Shown here piece after piece: positions 15,564-24,194 of a stretch of DNA of 32,000 nt. The notes beneath the pieces were generated by a model. The model made no database searches. It worked only from the letters and a program-made list of their open reading frames with translations, and had not been told where the DNA came from. Made by a program: the position numbers and the translations under genes. Positions within the stretch are counted from its first letter, which is position 1, and the number at the start of each line of letters is the position of its first letter. Source of the DNA: Cereibacter sphaeroides 2.4.1 (GTDB lineage Bacteria; Pseudomonadota; Alphaproteobacteria; Rhodobacterales; Rhodobacteraceae); contig NC_007494.2 in the NCBI RefSeq assembly GCF_000012905.2, positions 660,001-692,000 on the forward strand, read 5' to 3'.

Positions 15564-16514
15564 TCATCGGGCGGTCTCTCCTGGCGTGGGGGCGGCCAAC
15601 TTTGCCTCGAACGCGGCCGCATCGGCCTCGAGGCCGCGGCCCCTCAGCACGTCCGCGGCGATCTCGGCCAAGGCCGCGTCGCTCAGCCGGCCCGCGAGAC
15701 GCAGTGGCGCGGCGAGCCGGGCGACGAGAATGGCCGTGCGCATCGACGGCGGCGCCTGCATCTCGCCCGAGCGCTGGACGGACAGGATCAGATCCACGAT
15801 GCGGCGCGCCGTGGCGGGATCGAGGCCGCTGCGCAGCGCGACGATGCCCGCGAGCGTGGGCGCCGAAGGCTCCTCGAGCCGCAGGGTCACCATCCGGTCG
15901 ATCAGGGCGTCGGGGGCTGCCTTGACCCCCTGATACTCATGCGGGTTCGAGGTCAGCAGGACGCGGAAGTCGGGATGCGCCTCGATATACTGGTGCCGGC
16001 TCGCGCCGTCTGTCGAGACAAGCACCCCCTCTTCGAGCACCGAGAGAAGCGCGGCATTCGCCTCGGGCGAGGCACGGGTGAATTCGTCGTAGATAAAGGT
16101 CTGGCCGCACCGCATGGCCTGCCCGAGAATCGACTCCTTCCAGTCGATCCGCGCGCTCTGTTCGGTGCGCCGGACGCTCTGGATATAGCGGTCCACGACG
16201 CTGGTGACGGTCTGGCCGATCTCGCCGCCGATGAAGTCGCGGCTGCCGAGCCATTCGTTGCCGGTCATGAAGGCCACGGGCCGCCCGAGCGCCTGCGCGA
16301 TGCGCAGCGCGAGCGTCGTCTTGCCGAGGCCTGCCGGTCCGGCGAGATGGACGCAGACGCCGGCCCGGGCATATCCCAGCGCGCGGGCAAAGAGCGCCTC
16401 CGTCTCGGCATTCTGGAAATATCGGCCGCTCCGCCGGAGGCCGAGCCAGGGATTCTCGACCAGGGCGGCGTCGATACCGGCCGCATGCGGTAAGGATGGG
16501 CTCAGGACAGTCAC
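15564..16514 (-). CDS. gvpN: Gas vesicle AAA+ ATPase GvpN
   Basis: 316 aa; Walker A GPAGLGKTT, Walker B FIYDEF, AAA_5-like architecture. It is the first gene of the gvp operon. The start appears to be GTG at 16514. Confidence 0.9.
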   Translation of the reverse strand: MTVLSPSLPHAAGIDAALVENPWLGLRRSGRYFQNAETEALFARALGYARAGVCVHLAGPAGLGKTTLALRIAQALGRPVAFMTGNEWLGSRDFIGGEIGQTVTSVVDRYIQSVRRTEQSARIDWKESILGQAMRCGQTFIYDEFTRASPEANAALLSVLEEGVLVSTDGASRHQYIEAHPDFRVLLTSNPHEYQGVKAAPDALIDRMVTLRLEEPSAPTLAGIVALRSGLDPATARRIVDLILSVQRSGEMQAPPSMRTAILVARLAAPLRLAGRLSDAALAEIAADVLRGRGLEADAAAFEAKLAAPTPGETAR

Positions 16515-16621
16515 GTTCGGCGACCTCGTTCTTCCGGTCGCCCCAGAAGACGCGAGTCAGTTTAAGGACGGATTAAGCCGAACCCGATTTATCCAGGCGC
16601 GCTACGGCTGTCCTCGAACCG
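16515..16621 (-). promoter_or_regulatory. Probable gvpN-operon promoter / leader (AT-richer patch, inverted repeat GGATTAA-N11-TTTATCC at 16570-16594, leader hairpin 16519-16542)
   Basis: This is the only sizeable non-coding gap upstream of the 14-gene unit. No sigma-factor consensus was confidently matched. Confidence 0.3.
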
Positions 16622-17842
16622 TCAGCCCGCCACCGATCGATACCAGCGCACGATGGCGGCCCGCTCCTCGGGCTCCATGTAGCTGAGGTTGCCGGGCGGC
16701 ATGGCATGGGTGATCCCGGCCTGCAGATAGATCCGCCGCGCTTCGTGGGCGATCTGCGCGGCCGTCTCGAGCCGCACGTTCTTCGGCGGCCAGTGAAGGC
16801 CGTCCCAGCCCGGCTCGGCCGCATGGCACATCGAACAGCGCCCCGTCACGATGTCCGTCACTTCCGCGAATCCGTCGGCGGCTGCGAAGCGCGCAGCCCT
16901 GCCGCCGAGCGCCGCCTCCTCCGGCACGCCCCGCATCGGCGCGGTCGAGAGCCAGGCGATCACGAGGAAGATCACCGCCGTCGCCGCCCATGTCCAGTGC
17001 GGGTTGCCTTTGCGCGCGTGACGGGAGTTGAACCAGTGCCGAATCGTCACCCCCATCAGGAAGACCAGCGAGGCGATCAGCCAGTTGAACTCGGTGGCGA
17101 AGATCAGCGGGTAATGGTTCGACAGCATGAGGAAGATCACCGGCAGCGTCAGATAGTTGTTGTGCGTGCTGCGCTGCTTGGCGATCTCGCCGTATTTCGG
17201 GTCCGGCCGCCGCCCGGCCTTGAGGTCGGACACCACGATCCGCTGGTTCGGCATGATGGTCAGGAAGACATTCCCGCTCATGATGGTGGCGGTGAAGGCC
17301 CCCAGATGCAGGAGCGCCGCCCGTCCCGAGAAGACCTGCGTATAACCCCAGGCCATCGCGACCAGCACGCCGAACAGGAGGATCATCAGCGCCGTCGGAT
17401 GCCGTCCCACCGGCGAGCGGCAGAGCCCGTCATAGACCAGCCAGCCGCCGCCCAGCGAGGCGAGCGACAGGGCCACCGCCTGCCAGACCGACAGTTCCAT
17501 CACCGTGGGATCGATGAGAAAGAGCTCGGCCCCGACATAGTAGAGCAGCACCAGCATGGCGAAGCCCGAGAGCCAGGTCGCATAGCTTTCCCATTTGAAC
17601 CAGGTCAGATGCTCGGGCAGGAAGTCCGGCGCGACGAGATATTTGTTGATGTGATAGAAGCCGCCGCCATGCACCTGCCACTCCTCGCCATGGGCGAGCG
17701 GCGGCAGCGAGGGCGTCTTGCGCAGGCCGAGGTCGAGCGCGATGAAATAGAAGGACGAGCCGATCCAGGCGATGGCCGTGATGACATGCGTCCAGCGGGC
17801 GGCGATCATCACCCATTCCCAGAGCACGGCATAGTCATACAT
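16622..17842 (-). CDS. puuD: Membrane-bound cytochrome c urate hydroxylase PuuD-like protein
   Basis: 406 aa from MYDYAVLWEW... (SD GGGGAG). It has multiple TM helices (WIGSSFYFIALDL) and a C-terminal CSMCH haem c motif. The 171-codon upstream extension in the ORF track is low-complexity and rejected. Confidence 0.7.
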   Translation of the reverse strand: MYDYAVLWEWVMIAARWTHVITAIAWIGSSFYFIALDLGLRKTPSLPPLAHGEEWQVHGGGFYHINKYLVAPDFLPEHLTWFKWESYATWLSGFAMLVLLYYVGAELFLIDPTVMELSVWQAVALSLASLGGGWLVYDGLCRSPVGRHPTALMILLFGVLVAMAWGYTQVFSGRAALLHLGAFTATIMSGNVFLTIMPNQRIVVSDLKAGRRPDPKYGEIAKQRSTHNNYLTLPVIFLMLSNHYPLIFATEFNWLIASLVFLMGVTIRHWFNSRHARKGNPHWTWAATAVIFLVIAWLSTAPMRGVPEEAALGGRAARFAAADGFAEVTDIVTGRCSMCHAAEPGWDGLHWPPKNVRLETAAQIAHEARRIYLQAGITHAMPPGNLSYMEPEERAAIVRWYRSVAG

Positions 17843-18043
17843 CGGCGAAGCTCCCCGGCTGCGGCCCCTGCGGCCTGTCCTCCCGTTGTTCCCGGATCGC
17901 GCGGAAAGTGCAATCACTCCGGCGGGGGCGGCCGCGGCCTTCGCCGCCCTGCCCTCTCCGGAGAAACCCGAAGCCCGGTCCGCCAGTTTGTCCTTCGCAG
18001 CACCGCCCCGCTCGGGCAGAGTGGCGCGAAAGGGAGACGAACC

Positions 18044-18418
18044 ATGATGGAAGCCTCGATCAACGTGCTGGGCGCACCGCTCGAAAGCTGCGGGACCGAC
18101 CCGGTCACCGGCTTCTTCCGTAACGGCTGCTGCGACACGGGCGCCACAGACCGCGGGATGCACACGGTCTGCGCGCTGATGACGGCCGAATTCCTCGCCC
18201 TGTCGAAATATCTCGGCAACGATCTCTCGACGCCCAGGCCCGAATTCGGCTTCCGGGGGCTGAAGCCCGGCGACCGCTGGTGCCTCTGCGCCGGCCGGTT
18301 CCTGCAGGCCCACGAGGAGGGCGCCGCCCCCCGGGTGCGCCTCGGCGCCACCCACCGCCGCACGCTCGAGGTGGTCCCGCTCGAGGTGCTCAAACTCTAT
18401 GCGATCGACCTCGCCTGA
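18044..18418 (+). CDS. DUF2237-family small cysteine-rich protein
   Basis: 124 aa; NVLGAPLESCGTDPVTGFFRNGCCDTG..D.G.HTVCA.MT.EFL is typical of DUF2237. SD AGGGAGA. Confidence 0.75.
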   Translation: MMEASINVLGAPLESCGTDPVTGFFRNGCCDTGATDRGMHTVCALMTAEFLALSKYLGNDLSTPRPEFGFRGLKPGDRWCLCAGRFLQAHEEGAAPRVRLGATHRRTLEVVPLEVLKLYAIDLA

Positions 18419-18428
18419 GCCGCGCGGC

Positions 18429-18499
18429 TCTCACTCTGGAAAAATATCCTCGGGGGGAGACCGGCCCGAAGGGCCGGGCCGGGGGGCAGACAGCCCCCC
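18429..18499 (+). repeat. Intergenic modular repeat, copy B
   Basis: TCTCACTCTGGAAAAATATCCTCGGGGGGA, hairpin CCGGCCC-GAA-GGGCCGG, then GGGGGGC-AGACA-GCCCCCC. It lies between the convergent DUF2237 and trpB stops. Confidence 0.8.
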
Positions 18500-18507
18500 G
18501 CGCGCGG

Positions 18508-19737
18508 TCAGATCTTCATGTCGAAGCCCAGATGCTTCGCCACGGTGAAGATGTCCTTGTCGCCCCGCCCGCACATGTTCATCACGATGATATGGTCGCG
18601 CGGCAGCGTCGGCGCGATCTTGATGACATGGGCCAGCGCGTGCGACGGCTCGAGCGCGGGAATGATCCCTTCGAGCGCACAGCAGAGCTGGAACGCCTCC
18701 AGCGCCTCGGCATCGGTAATCGAGACATATTCCGCCCGGCCCGTGTCATGGAGCCATGCATGTTCGGGCCCGATGCCCGGATAGTCGAGCCCGGCCGAGA
18801 TCGAGAAGCCCTCGAGGATCTGGCCGTCGGCATCCTGCAGCAGATAGGTCCGGTTGCCGTGCAGCACGCCCGGACGTCCGCCGGTCAGCGAGGCACAATG
18901 TTCCATCCGGTCGTCGACGCCCTTGCCTCCGGCCTCGACGCCGACGATCCGCACCGACGGATCGTCGAGGAACGGATGGAACAGCCCCATGGCGTTCGAC
19001 CCGCCGCCGATGGCGGCCACGAGCGTGTCGGGCAGGCGGCCCTCTTCCTGCTCGGCCAGCTGCCAGCGCACTTCGCGGCCGATGATCGACTGGAAGTCGC
19101 GCACCATCGCCGGATAGGGATGCGGGCCCGCCACGGTGCCGATGCAGTAGAAGGTGTCGCGCACGTTGGTGACCCAGTCGCGCAGCGCGTCGTTCATCGC
19201 ATCCTTCAACGTGCCGCGCCCGGAGGTCACCGGCACCACCTCGGCGCCCAGCAGCCGCATGCGGAACACGTTCGGCGCCTGCCGTTCGACATCGTGCGCG
19301 CCCATGTAGACCACGCATTTCAGCCCGAACTTGGCGCAGACCGTCGCCGTCGCCACGCCATGCTGGCCCGCGCCCGTCTCGGCGATGATCCGGGTCTTGC
19401 CCATGCGGCGGGCGAGGATGATCTGGCCCAGCACATTGTTGATCTTGTGCGCGCCGGTATGGTTCAGCTCGTCGCGCTTGAGATAGATCTTCGCCCCGCC
19501 GAGATGCTCGGTCAGCCGCGGCGCGAAATAGAGCGGCGAGGGACGACCGACGTAGTTCTTCCACAGGTCGTCCATCTCGGCCCAGAAATCCGGGTCGGTC
19601 TTGGCATGTTCATAGCGCGCTTCGAGATCGAGAATCAGCGGCATCAGCGTCTCGGACACGAAGCGTCCGCCGAAGATGCCGAAACGACCCTGCTCGTCGG
19701 GGCCGGTCATGTAGCTGTTGATGCCGTCCTCGGCCAT
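18508..19737 (-). CDS. trpB: Tryptophan synthase beta chain
   Basis: [23 protein letters not shown] (PLP lysine) and GGGSNAMG motifs. The ATG at 19737 has SD AGGAG; the ORF-track start at 19746 is a GTG three codons upstream. Confidence 0.95.
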   Translation of the reverse strand: MAEDGINSYMTGPDEQGRFGIFGGRFVSETLMPLILDLEARYEHAKTDPDFWAEMDDLWKNYVGRPSPLYFAPRLTEHLGGAKIYLKRDELNHTGAHKINNVLGQIILARRMGKTRIIAETGAGQHGVATATVCAKFGLKCVVYMGAHDVERQAPNVFRMRLLGAEVVPVTSGRGTLKDAMNDALRDWVTNVRDTFYCIGTVAGPHPYPAMVRDFQSIIGREVRWQLAEQEEGRLPDTLVAAIGGGSNAMGLFHPFLDDPSVRIVGVEAGGKGVDDRMEHCASLTGGRPGVLHGNRTYLLQDADGQILEGFSISAGLDYPGIGPEHAWLHDTGRAEYVSITDAEALEAFQLCCALEGIIPALEPSHALAHVIKIAPTLPRDHIIVMNMCGRGDKDIFTVAKHLGFDMKI

Positions 19738-19751
19738 GGCGCGCACTCCTG

Positions 19752-20198
19752 TCAGTCCAGCGCCCGTTTATACCCGATGTGCGAAGCGGTAAAGCCGAGC
19801 CGCTCGTAGAAGCGGTGCGCCCGCTTGCGCGAGCGATGGGTGGTGAGCTGGATCAGCGTGGCGCCGGCCGCCCTCGCGCGCGCCTCGGCATCGGCCATGA
19901 GATCCGCCCCGATACCCTGCGAGCGCAGGTCGGAGGCAACCCGCACCGCCTCGACCAGCGCACGCGTCGCGGCCCGGAGCGACAGGCCCGGCAGGATCGC
20001 GAGCTGATAGGTGGCGACCACCCTGCCCTCCTGCTCGCCCACGATCAGCAGCATCCCCGGGGCCGCGGCCATCCGGTCGAAGGCCGCGAGATAGGTCTCG
20101 AGCGGGGCCGTCTCGCGCTGAGCCCCCAGCGCATCGTCGGCGAGCAGCGCCAGGATGGCCGCCACATCCTCGCGTCGCGCGTCGCGGAAGCGGATCAC
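19752..20198 (-). CDS. GNAT-family N-acetyltransferase inserted between trpF and trpB
   Basis: 148 aa; the acetyl-CoA motif [10 protein letters not shown]....A...GA and C-terminal HRFYERLGF are typical of GNAT. The GTG start overlaps the trpF stop (GTGA). It may correspond to the gene I recall being named aroR in the R. sphaeroides trp literature. Confidence 0.85.
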   Translation of the reverse strand: MIRFRDARREDVAAILALLADDALGAQRETAPLETYLAAFDRMAAAPGMLLIVGEQEGRVVATYQLAILPGLSLRAATRALVEAVRVASDLRSQGIGADLMADAEARARAAGATLIQLTTHRSRKRAHRFYERLGFTASHIGYKRALD

Positions 20199-20833
20199 CG
20201 GGCGGCCTGCAGGAAGGCCGCGATCCGGGCCGGATCCTTGACGCCCGGCGCCGATTCGACGCCCGAGGAGACATCGACCTGCGACGCCCCCGTGCGCCGG
20301 ACGGCCTCGGCCAGATTTTCGACCGTCAGCCCCCCCGCCAGCATCCAGGGCCTGATCCAGTGCCGCCCCGAGATCAGCCGCCAGTCGAAGGAGAGGCCAT
20401 TGCCGCCGGGCAGCGCCGCGCCCTTCGGCGGTTTTGCATCGATCAGGATCTGGTCGGCGGCCAGCGACTGTTCGAGAATCTGCGGCAGGTCGCCTTCGTC
20501 CGCCACCCCCACGGCCTTCATGACCGGCAGCCCGTAGCGCGCCCGCACCTCGGCCACCCGCTCGGGGCTCTCGCCGCCGTGAAGCTGCAGCATGTCGAGC
20601 GGCACCGCCTCGACGATGGCGTCGAGCGTCTCGTCACTGGCGTCGACCGTCAGCGCCACCTTGGCCACCCCCGGCGGCGCGGCGAGCGCGAGCCGCTGCG
20701 CCTGCGCAAGCTCCAGATGGCGCGGCGATTTCGGGAAGAACACCAGACCGACATAGGCCGCGCCCGAGGACGCGGCCGCCTTCACATCCGACTCCGTCCG
20801 CAGTCCGCAGATCTTGACGCGGACTCCTGCCAT
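20195..20833 (-). CDS. trpF: N-(5'-phosphoribosyl)anthranilate isomerase
   Basis: [39 protein letters not shown]... is the canonical TrpF N-terminus. The ATG at 20833 shares one nt with the upstream stop. Confidence 0.92.
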   Translation of the reverse strand: MAGVRVKICGLRTESDVKAAASSGAAYVGLVFFPKSPRHLELAQAQRLALAAPPGVAKVALTVDASDETLDAIVEAVPLDMLQLHGGESPERVAEVRARYGLPVMKAVGVADEGDLPQILEQSLAADQILIDAKPPKGAALPGGNGLSFDWRLISGRHWIRPWMLAGGLTVENLAEAVRRTGASQVDVSSGVESAPGVKDPARIAAFLQAAR

Positions 20834-21213
20834 CAGGCCGATTTCGAGAGCGCGGTCAGAACGTCGTTCTTCGGCACGCCGACGGCGGTGCCGGTCTCGA
20901 CCTTGGATCTGAGCGTGGAGACTTCGCGCTGGAGGGTCTTCACTTCCTGCGACTTGCGGCGCACTTCGGCCCGATGCTTGTGCTCGCGCATCCATTCCCA
21001 GAAGAACCCGATGAGCAGGCCGGCCACGATGCCGCCGAAGATCACGGCATAAAGCGGCAGCTGCATCGACCAGGCAGACCAGCCCGTGCCCACGAAGGTC
21101 GCGAGGTTATCCGGCATGAGTCTCACCGTCACCGGATCCCGGTGAGCGAGCGCGACGGTCAGGAGCACGACCGCCAGGACGACGAGGAACAGAATACGCA
21201 ACCAACGGATCAT
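20833..21213 (-). CDS. LapA/DUF1049-family inner-membrane protein
   Basis: 126 aa from [18 protein letters not shown] (SD AGGA). It has two TM helices and a C-terminal coiled coil, in the conserved position downstream of ihfB. Confidence 0.7.
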   Translation of the reverse strand: MIRWLRILFLVVLAVVLLTVALAHRDPVTVRLMPDNLATFVGTGWSAWSMQLPLYAVIFGGIVAGLLIGFFWEWMREHKHRAEVRRKSQEVKTLQREVSTLRSKVETGTAVGVPKNDVLTALSKSA

Positions 21214-21253
21214 AGGGGTCCTGCTCACCAATCAGAGGGGCAATGCCGCGCCG

Positions 21254-21535
21254 TCACTTCGCATTCAGGCGATCACGCAGCAGCTTGCCGGTTTTGAAGA
21301 AGGGAACCTTCTTGTCTTCGACTTCGACAGCTTCACCCGTTCTCGGGTTGCGGCCGACTCTGGCATCCCGGGCCTTGACCGAGAATGCGCCGAATCCGCG
21401 CAGCTCCACCCGGTCGCCACGGGCCAGAGCCTCGATGATCTCCTCGAAGACCGTGTTCACGATCCGCTCGACATGGCGCTGGGTGAGGTGAGGATTCTCG
21501 TCGGCTATTTTCTGGATCAGTTCCGATCGGATCAT
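21254..21535 (-). CDS. ihfB: Integration host factor subunit beta
   Basis: 93 aa; [11 protein letters not shown]...[43 protein letters not shown]. Confidence 0.95.
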   Translation of the reverse strand: MIRSELIQKIADENPHLTQRHVERIVNTVFEEIIEALARGDRVELRGFGAFSVKARDARVGRNPRTGEAVEVEDKKVPFFKTGKLLRDRLNAK

Positions 21536-21649
21536 CCTTGCCCCCCTGAGCCGCCTTCGGCGGACGCTTATGCCAAGGAAGGATAGAGGAAAAATCTGCG
21601 CCGCACAAACTGGAAAACCGTGGAATAAGGGACACTTCCGCGGGATGGG

Positions 21650-21686
21650 CGGAGAAATGCGAAAGGCCCCGCGCAGCCGCGGGGCC
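21650..21686 (-). terminator. Rho-independent terminator downstream of rpsA
   Basis: 9-bp GC stem GGCCCCGCG/CGCGGGGCC (21665-21673 / 21678-21686), loop of 4 nt, followed on the minus strand by TTTCGCATTTC. Confidence 0.7.
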
Positions 21687-21709
21687 CTCCGATCGTCTCT
21701 GAGGCGACC

Positions 21710-23395
21710 TCAGCCGCGATCGCTGTTGCGCAGCGCCGCGCCGAGGATGTCGCCCAGCGAGGCGCCCGAATCGGACGAACCGTACTGTTCGACGGCTTCC
21801 TTCTCTTCGGCGATCTCGCGCGCCTTGATCGACAGGCCGAGGCGACGGGTCTTGGCATCCACGTTGGTCACGCGGACATCCACCTTGTCGCCCACCTGGA
21901 ACCGCTCCGGACGCTGGTCGGCGCGGTCGCGCGACAGGTCCGAACGACGGATGAACGACTTCATCGAGTTGTATTCGACCTCGATGCCGCCGTCCTCGAT
22001 CGCCGTCACGGTCACGGTGATGACCGAGCCCCGCTTCACGCCTTCGATGGCTTCCGAGAAGGTGTCGTCGCCGAGCGCCTTGATCGAGAGCGAGATCCGC
22101 TCCTTGTCGGTGTCGACCTCGGTCACCACCGCCTTCACGACGTCGCCCTTGCGGTAGTTCTGGATGGCTTCCTCGCCGCGCTGATCCCAGCTGAGATCCG
22201 AGAGGTGCACCATGCCGTCGATATCGTGCTCGAGACCCACGAACAGACCGAATTCGGTGATGTTCTTGACCTCGCCCTCGATCGGCGTGCCGACCGGATG
22301 GGTTTCGGCAAAGACTTCCCACGGGTTGCGCATGGTCTGCTTGAGACCGAGCGACACGCGGCGCTTGGCGCTGTCGATTTCCAGCACCATGACGTCCACC
22401 TCCTGCGAGGTCGAGACGATCTTGCCGGGGTGCACGTTCTTCTTGGTCCAGCTCATTTCCGAGACGTGGACCAGACCTTCGACACCGGCTTCCAGCTCGA
22501 CGAACGCGCCGTAGTCGGTGATGTTGGTCACGCGGCCCTTGTGGACCGAGCCGATCGGATAGGCTTTTTCCACCGCATCCCACGGATCCGACTGGAGCTG
22601 CTTCATGCCCAGGCTGATGCGGTGGGTTTCCTTGTTGATCTTGATGACCTGGACCTTCACGGTCTCGCCGATCGACAGGATCTCCGAGGGGTGGTTCACG
22701 CGGCGCCACGCCATGTCGGTGACGTGCAGCAGGCCGTCCACGCCGCCGAGATCGACGAACGCACCGTATTCGGTGATGTTCTTGACGACGCCGTCAACGG
22801 TCTGGCCTTCGAAGAGGTTCGAGATGACCTCGGCGCGCTGTTCGGCGCGGCTCTCTTCGAGGATGGCGCGACGCGACACGACGATGTTGCCGCGGCGACG
22901 GTCCATCTTCAGGATCTGGAACGGCTGCTTCATGCCCATCAGGGGGCCCGCATCGCGCACGGGGCGCACATCGACCTGCGAACCGGGCAGGAAGGCCACG
23001 GCGCCGCCGAGATCGACGGTGAAGCCGCCCTTGACGCGGCCGAAGATCGCGCCCTCGACGCGGGTCTCGTTGGCATAGGCCTTCTCGAGACGGTCCCAGG
23101 CTTCCTCGCGCTTGGCCTTGTCACGGCTGATGACGGCCTCGCCACGGGCATTCTCGACCCGGTCGAGATAGACCTCGACCTCATCCCCGACCGAGATGTC
23201 GACCGAGCCCGACATGTCGGCGAATTCCTTCAGGTCGACGCGGCCTTCCATCTTGTAGCCGACGTCGATGATGGCCTGGCCCGCTTCGACGGCGATGACC
23301 TTGCCCTTCACGACCGACCCCTCCTGGGGGGTGTCGATCTGGAGGCTCTCGTTCAGGAGGGCCTCGAATTCTTCCATGGTTGCTTTAGCGCACAT
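21710..23395 (-). CDS. rpsA: 30S ribosomal protein S1
   Basis: Six S1 domains (e.g. GSVVKGKVIAVE, GQTVDGVVKNITEYGAFVDLGG). The preferred start is MCAKATMEEFEALLNES at 23395 (SD AAGGA). 23416 and 23377 are alternative starts. Confidence 0.93.
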   Translation of the reverse strand: MCAKATMEEFEALLNESLQIDTPQEGSVVKGKVIAVEAGQAIIDVGYKMEGRVDLKEFADMSGSVDISVGDEVEVYLDRVENARGEAVISRDKAKREEAWDRLEKAYANETRVEGAIFGRVKGGFTVDLGGAVAFLPGSQVDVRPVRDAGPLMGMKQPFQILKMDRRRGNIVVSRRAILEESRAEQRAEVISNLFEGQTVDGVVKNITEYGAFVDLGGVDGLLHVTDMAWRRVNHPSEILSIGETVKVQVIKINKETHRISLGMKQLQSDPWDAVEKAYPIGSVHKGRVTNITDYGAFVELEAGVEGLVHVSEMSWTKKNVHPGKIVSTSQEVDVMVLEIDSAKRRVSLGLKQTMRNPWEVFAETHPVGTPIEGEVKNITEFGLFVGLEHDIDGMVHLSDLSWDQRGEEAIQNYRKGDVVKAVVTEVDTDKERISLSIKALGDDTFSEAIEGVKRGSVITVTVTAIEDGGIEVEYNSMKSFIRRSDLSRDRADQRPERFQVGDKVDVRVTNVDAKTRRLGLSIKAREIAEEKEAVEQYGSSDSGASLGDILGAALRNSDRG

Positions 23396-23502
23396 GCAGT
23401 CAGTTATCCTTTTCACGTCATTTCACGGGCCTGGCGGTTGGCTCCGCCGGTCTTTTCGCATCGCGGCGAACAGGGCCGCCTCACGGCAATGAGGGCCGAG
23501 GA

Positions 23503-24123
23503 TTACTCCCGACCCTGCGCCTGCCTCAGTTCGATGGCTTCGATCGCCTTGTTCACTGCGGCGTCTATAGTCAGTTCCGTCGTGTCGAGCAAGAGCGCAT
23601 CGGGGGCAGGCCGGAGCGGCGCGGCCTCCCGCTCGCGGTCGCGCCGGTCGCGCTCGCGCAGATCGGCCAGGATCTCGGCCTCGCTCTGCGCGCCGCCCTT
23701 TGCCGCCAGTTCGAGCCAGCGCCGCCGCGCGCGCTCCTCGTCCGAGGCCGTCACGAAGAGCTTCACCTCCGCCTCCGGGCAGATCACGGTGCCGATGTCC
23801 CGCCCGTCGAGCACCGCCCCGCCCTCGCGCCGCGCGAAACTCCGCTGGAAGGCCACGAGGGCCGCCCGCACCTCGGGCAGCGCGGCCACCCGGCTCGCGG
23901 CCTGCCCCGCCTCGGCCGAGCGCAGATCGCCCCGCGCGAGATCGGCAAGATCGAGCCCCTCGGCCGCCGCCACCGGATCGGCGCCTTCGGTCACCTTCGC
24001 CCCCACCGCGCGATAGAGCAGCCCCGTATCCAGATGCGCAAAGCGGAAATGCGCCGCGACCGCCCGCGAGATCGTGCCCTTGCCGGCCGCCGCCGGCCCG
24101 TCGATCGCCACCGTGAAGCGCAT
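23503..24123 (-). CDS. cmk: Cytidylate kinase
   Basis: [23 protein letters not shown]... contains the P-loop. The upstream ATG at 24138 lies inside the head motif of repeat copy E and is considered fortuitous. Confidence 0.9.
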   Translation of the reverse strand: MRFTVAIDGPAAAGKGTISRAVAAHFRFAHLDTGLLYRAVGAKVTEGADPVAAAEGLDLADLARGDLRSAEAGQAASRVAALPEVRAALVAFQRSFARREGGAVLDGRDIGTVICPEAEVKLFVTASDEERARRRWLELAAKGGAQSEAEILADLRERDRRDREREAAPLRPAPDALLLDTTELTIDAAVNKAIEAIELRQAQGRE

Positions 24124-24132
24124 TCCCCGGCC

Positions 24133-24184
24133 TTTCATTCTGGTCCAAATATCCCGCGGGGGTGCGGGGGCGCGAAGCCCCCGC
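24133..24184 (+). repeat. Intergenic modular repeat, copy E (antisense to flanking genes)
   Basis: TTTCATTCTGGTCCAAATATCCCGCGGGGGT followed by the hairpin GCGGGGGC-GCGAA-GCCCCCGC, between the aroA stop and the cmk start. Confidence 0.75.
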
Positions 24185-24194
24185 CGCCGCCTGC

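Noticed and set aside
8136-16621. Search for pyp (photoactive yellow protein) and pcl (p-coumaroyl-CoA ligase) next to tal.
   Set aside because: No ORF on either strand shows a PYP-like PAS core or an adenylate-forming ligase motif. All gaps in the locus are 250 nt or shorter. The partner genes are not in this window.
8136-16621. The gvp locus as a mobile genomic island.
   Set aside because: No integrase, transposase, tRNA or flanking direct repeats were seen. By eye, GC content is not clearly different from the flanks apart from short intergenic patches.
17843-18355. 171-codon N-terminal extension of the puuD-like ORF (ORF track 16622-18355).
   Set aside because: The extension is low-complexity and overlaps the divergent DUF2237 gene and promoter region. 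A good SD and a conserved-looking N-terminus begin at 17842.
24124-24138. Upstream ATG (24138) extending cmk by five codons.
   Set aside because: That ATG is part of the conserved head motif of repeat copy E (TTCATTCTGG). The canonical Cmk N-terminus starts at 24123.
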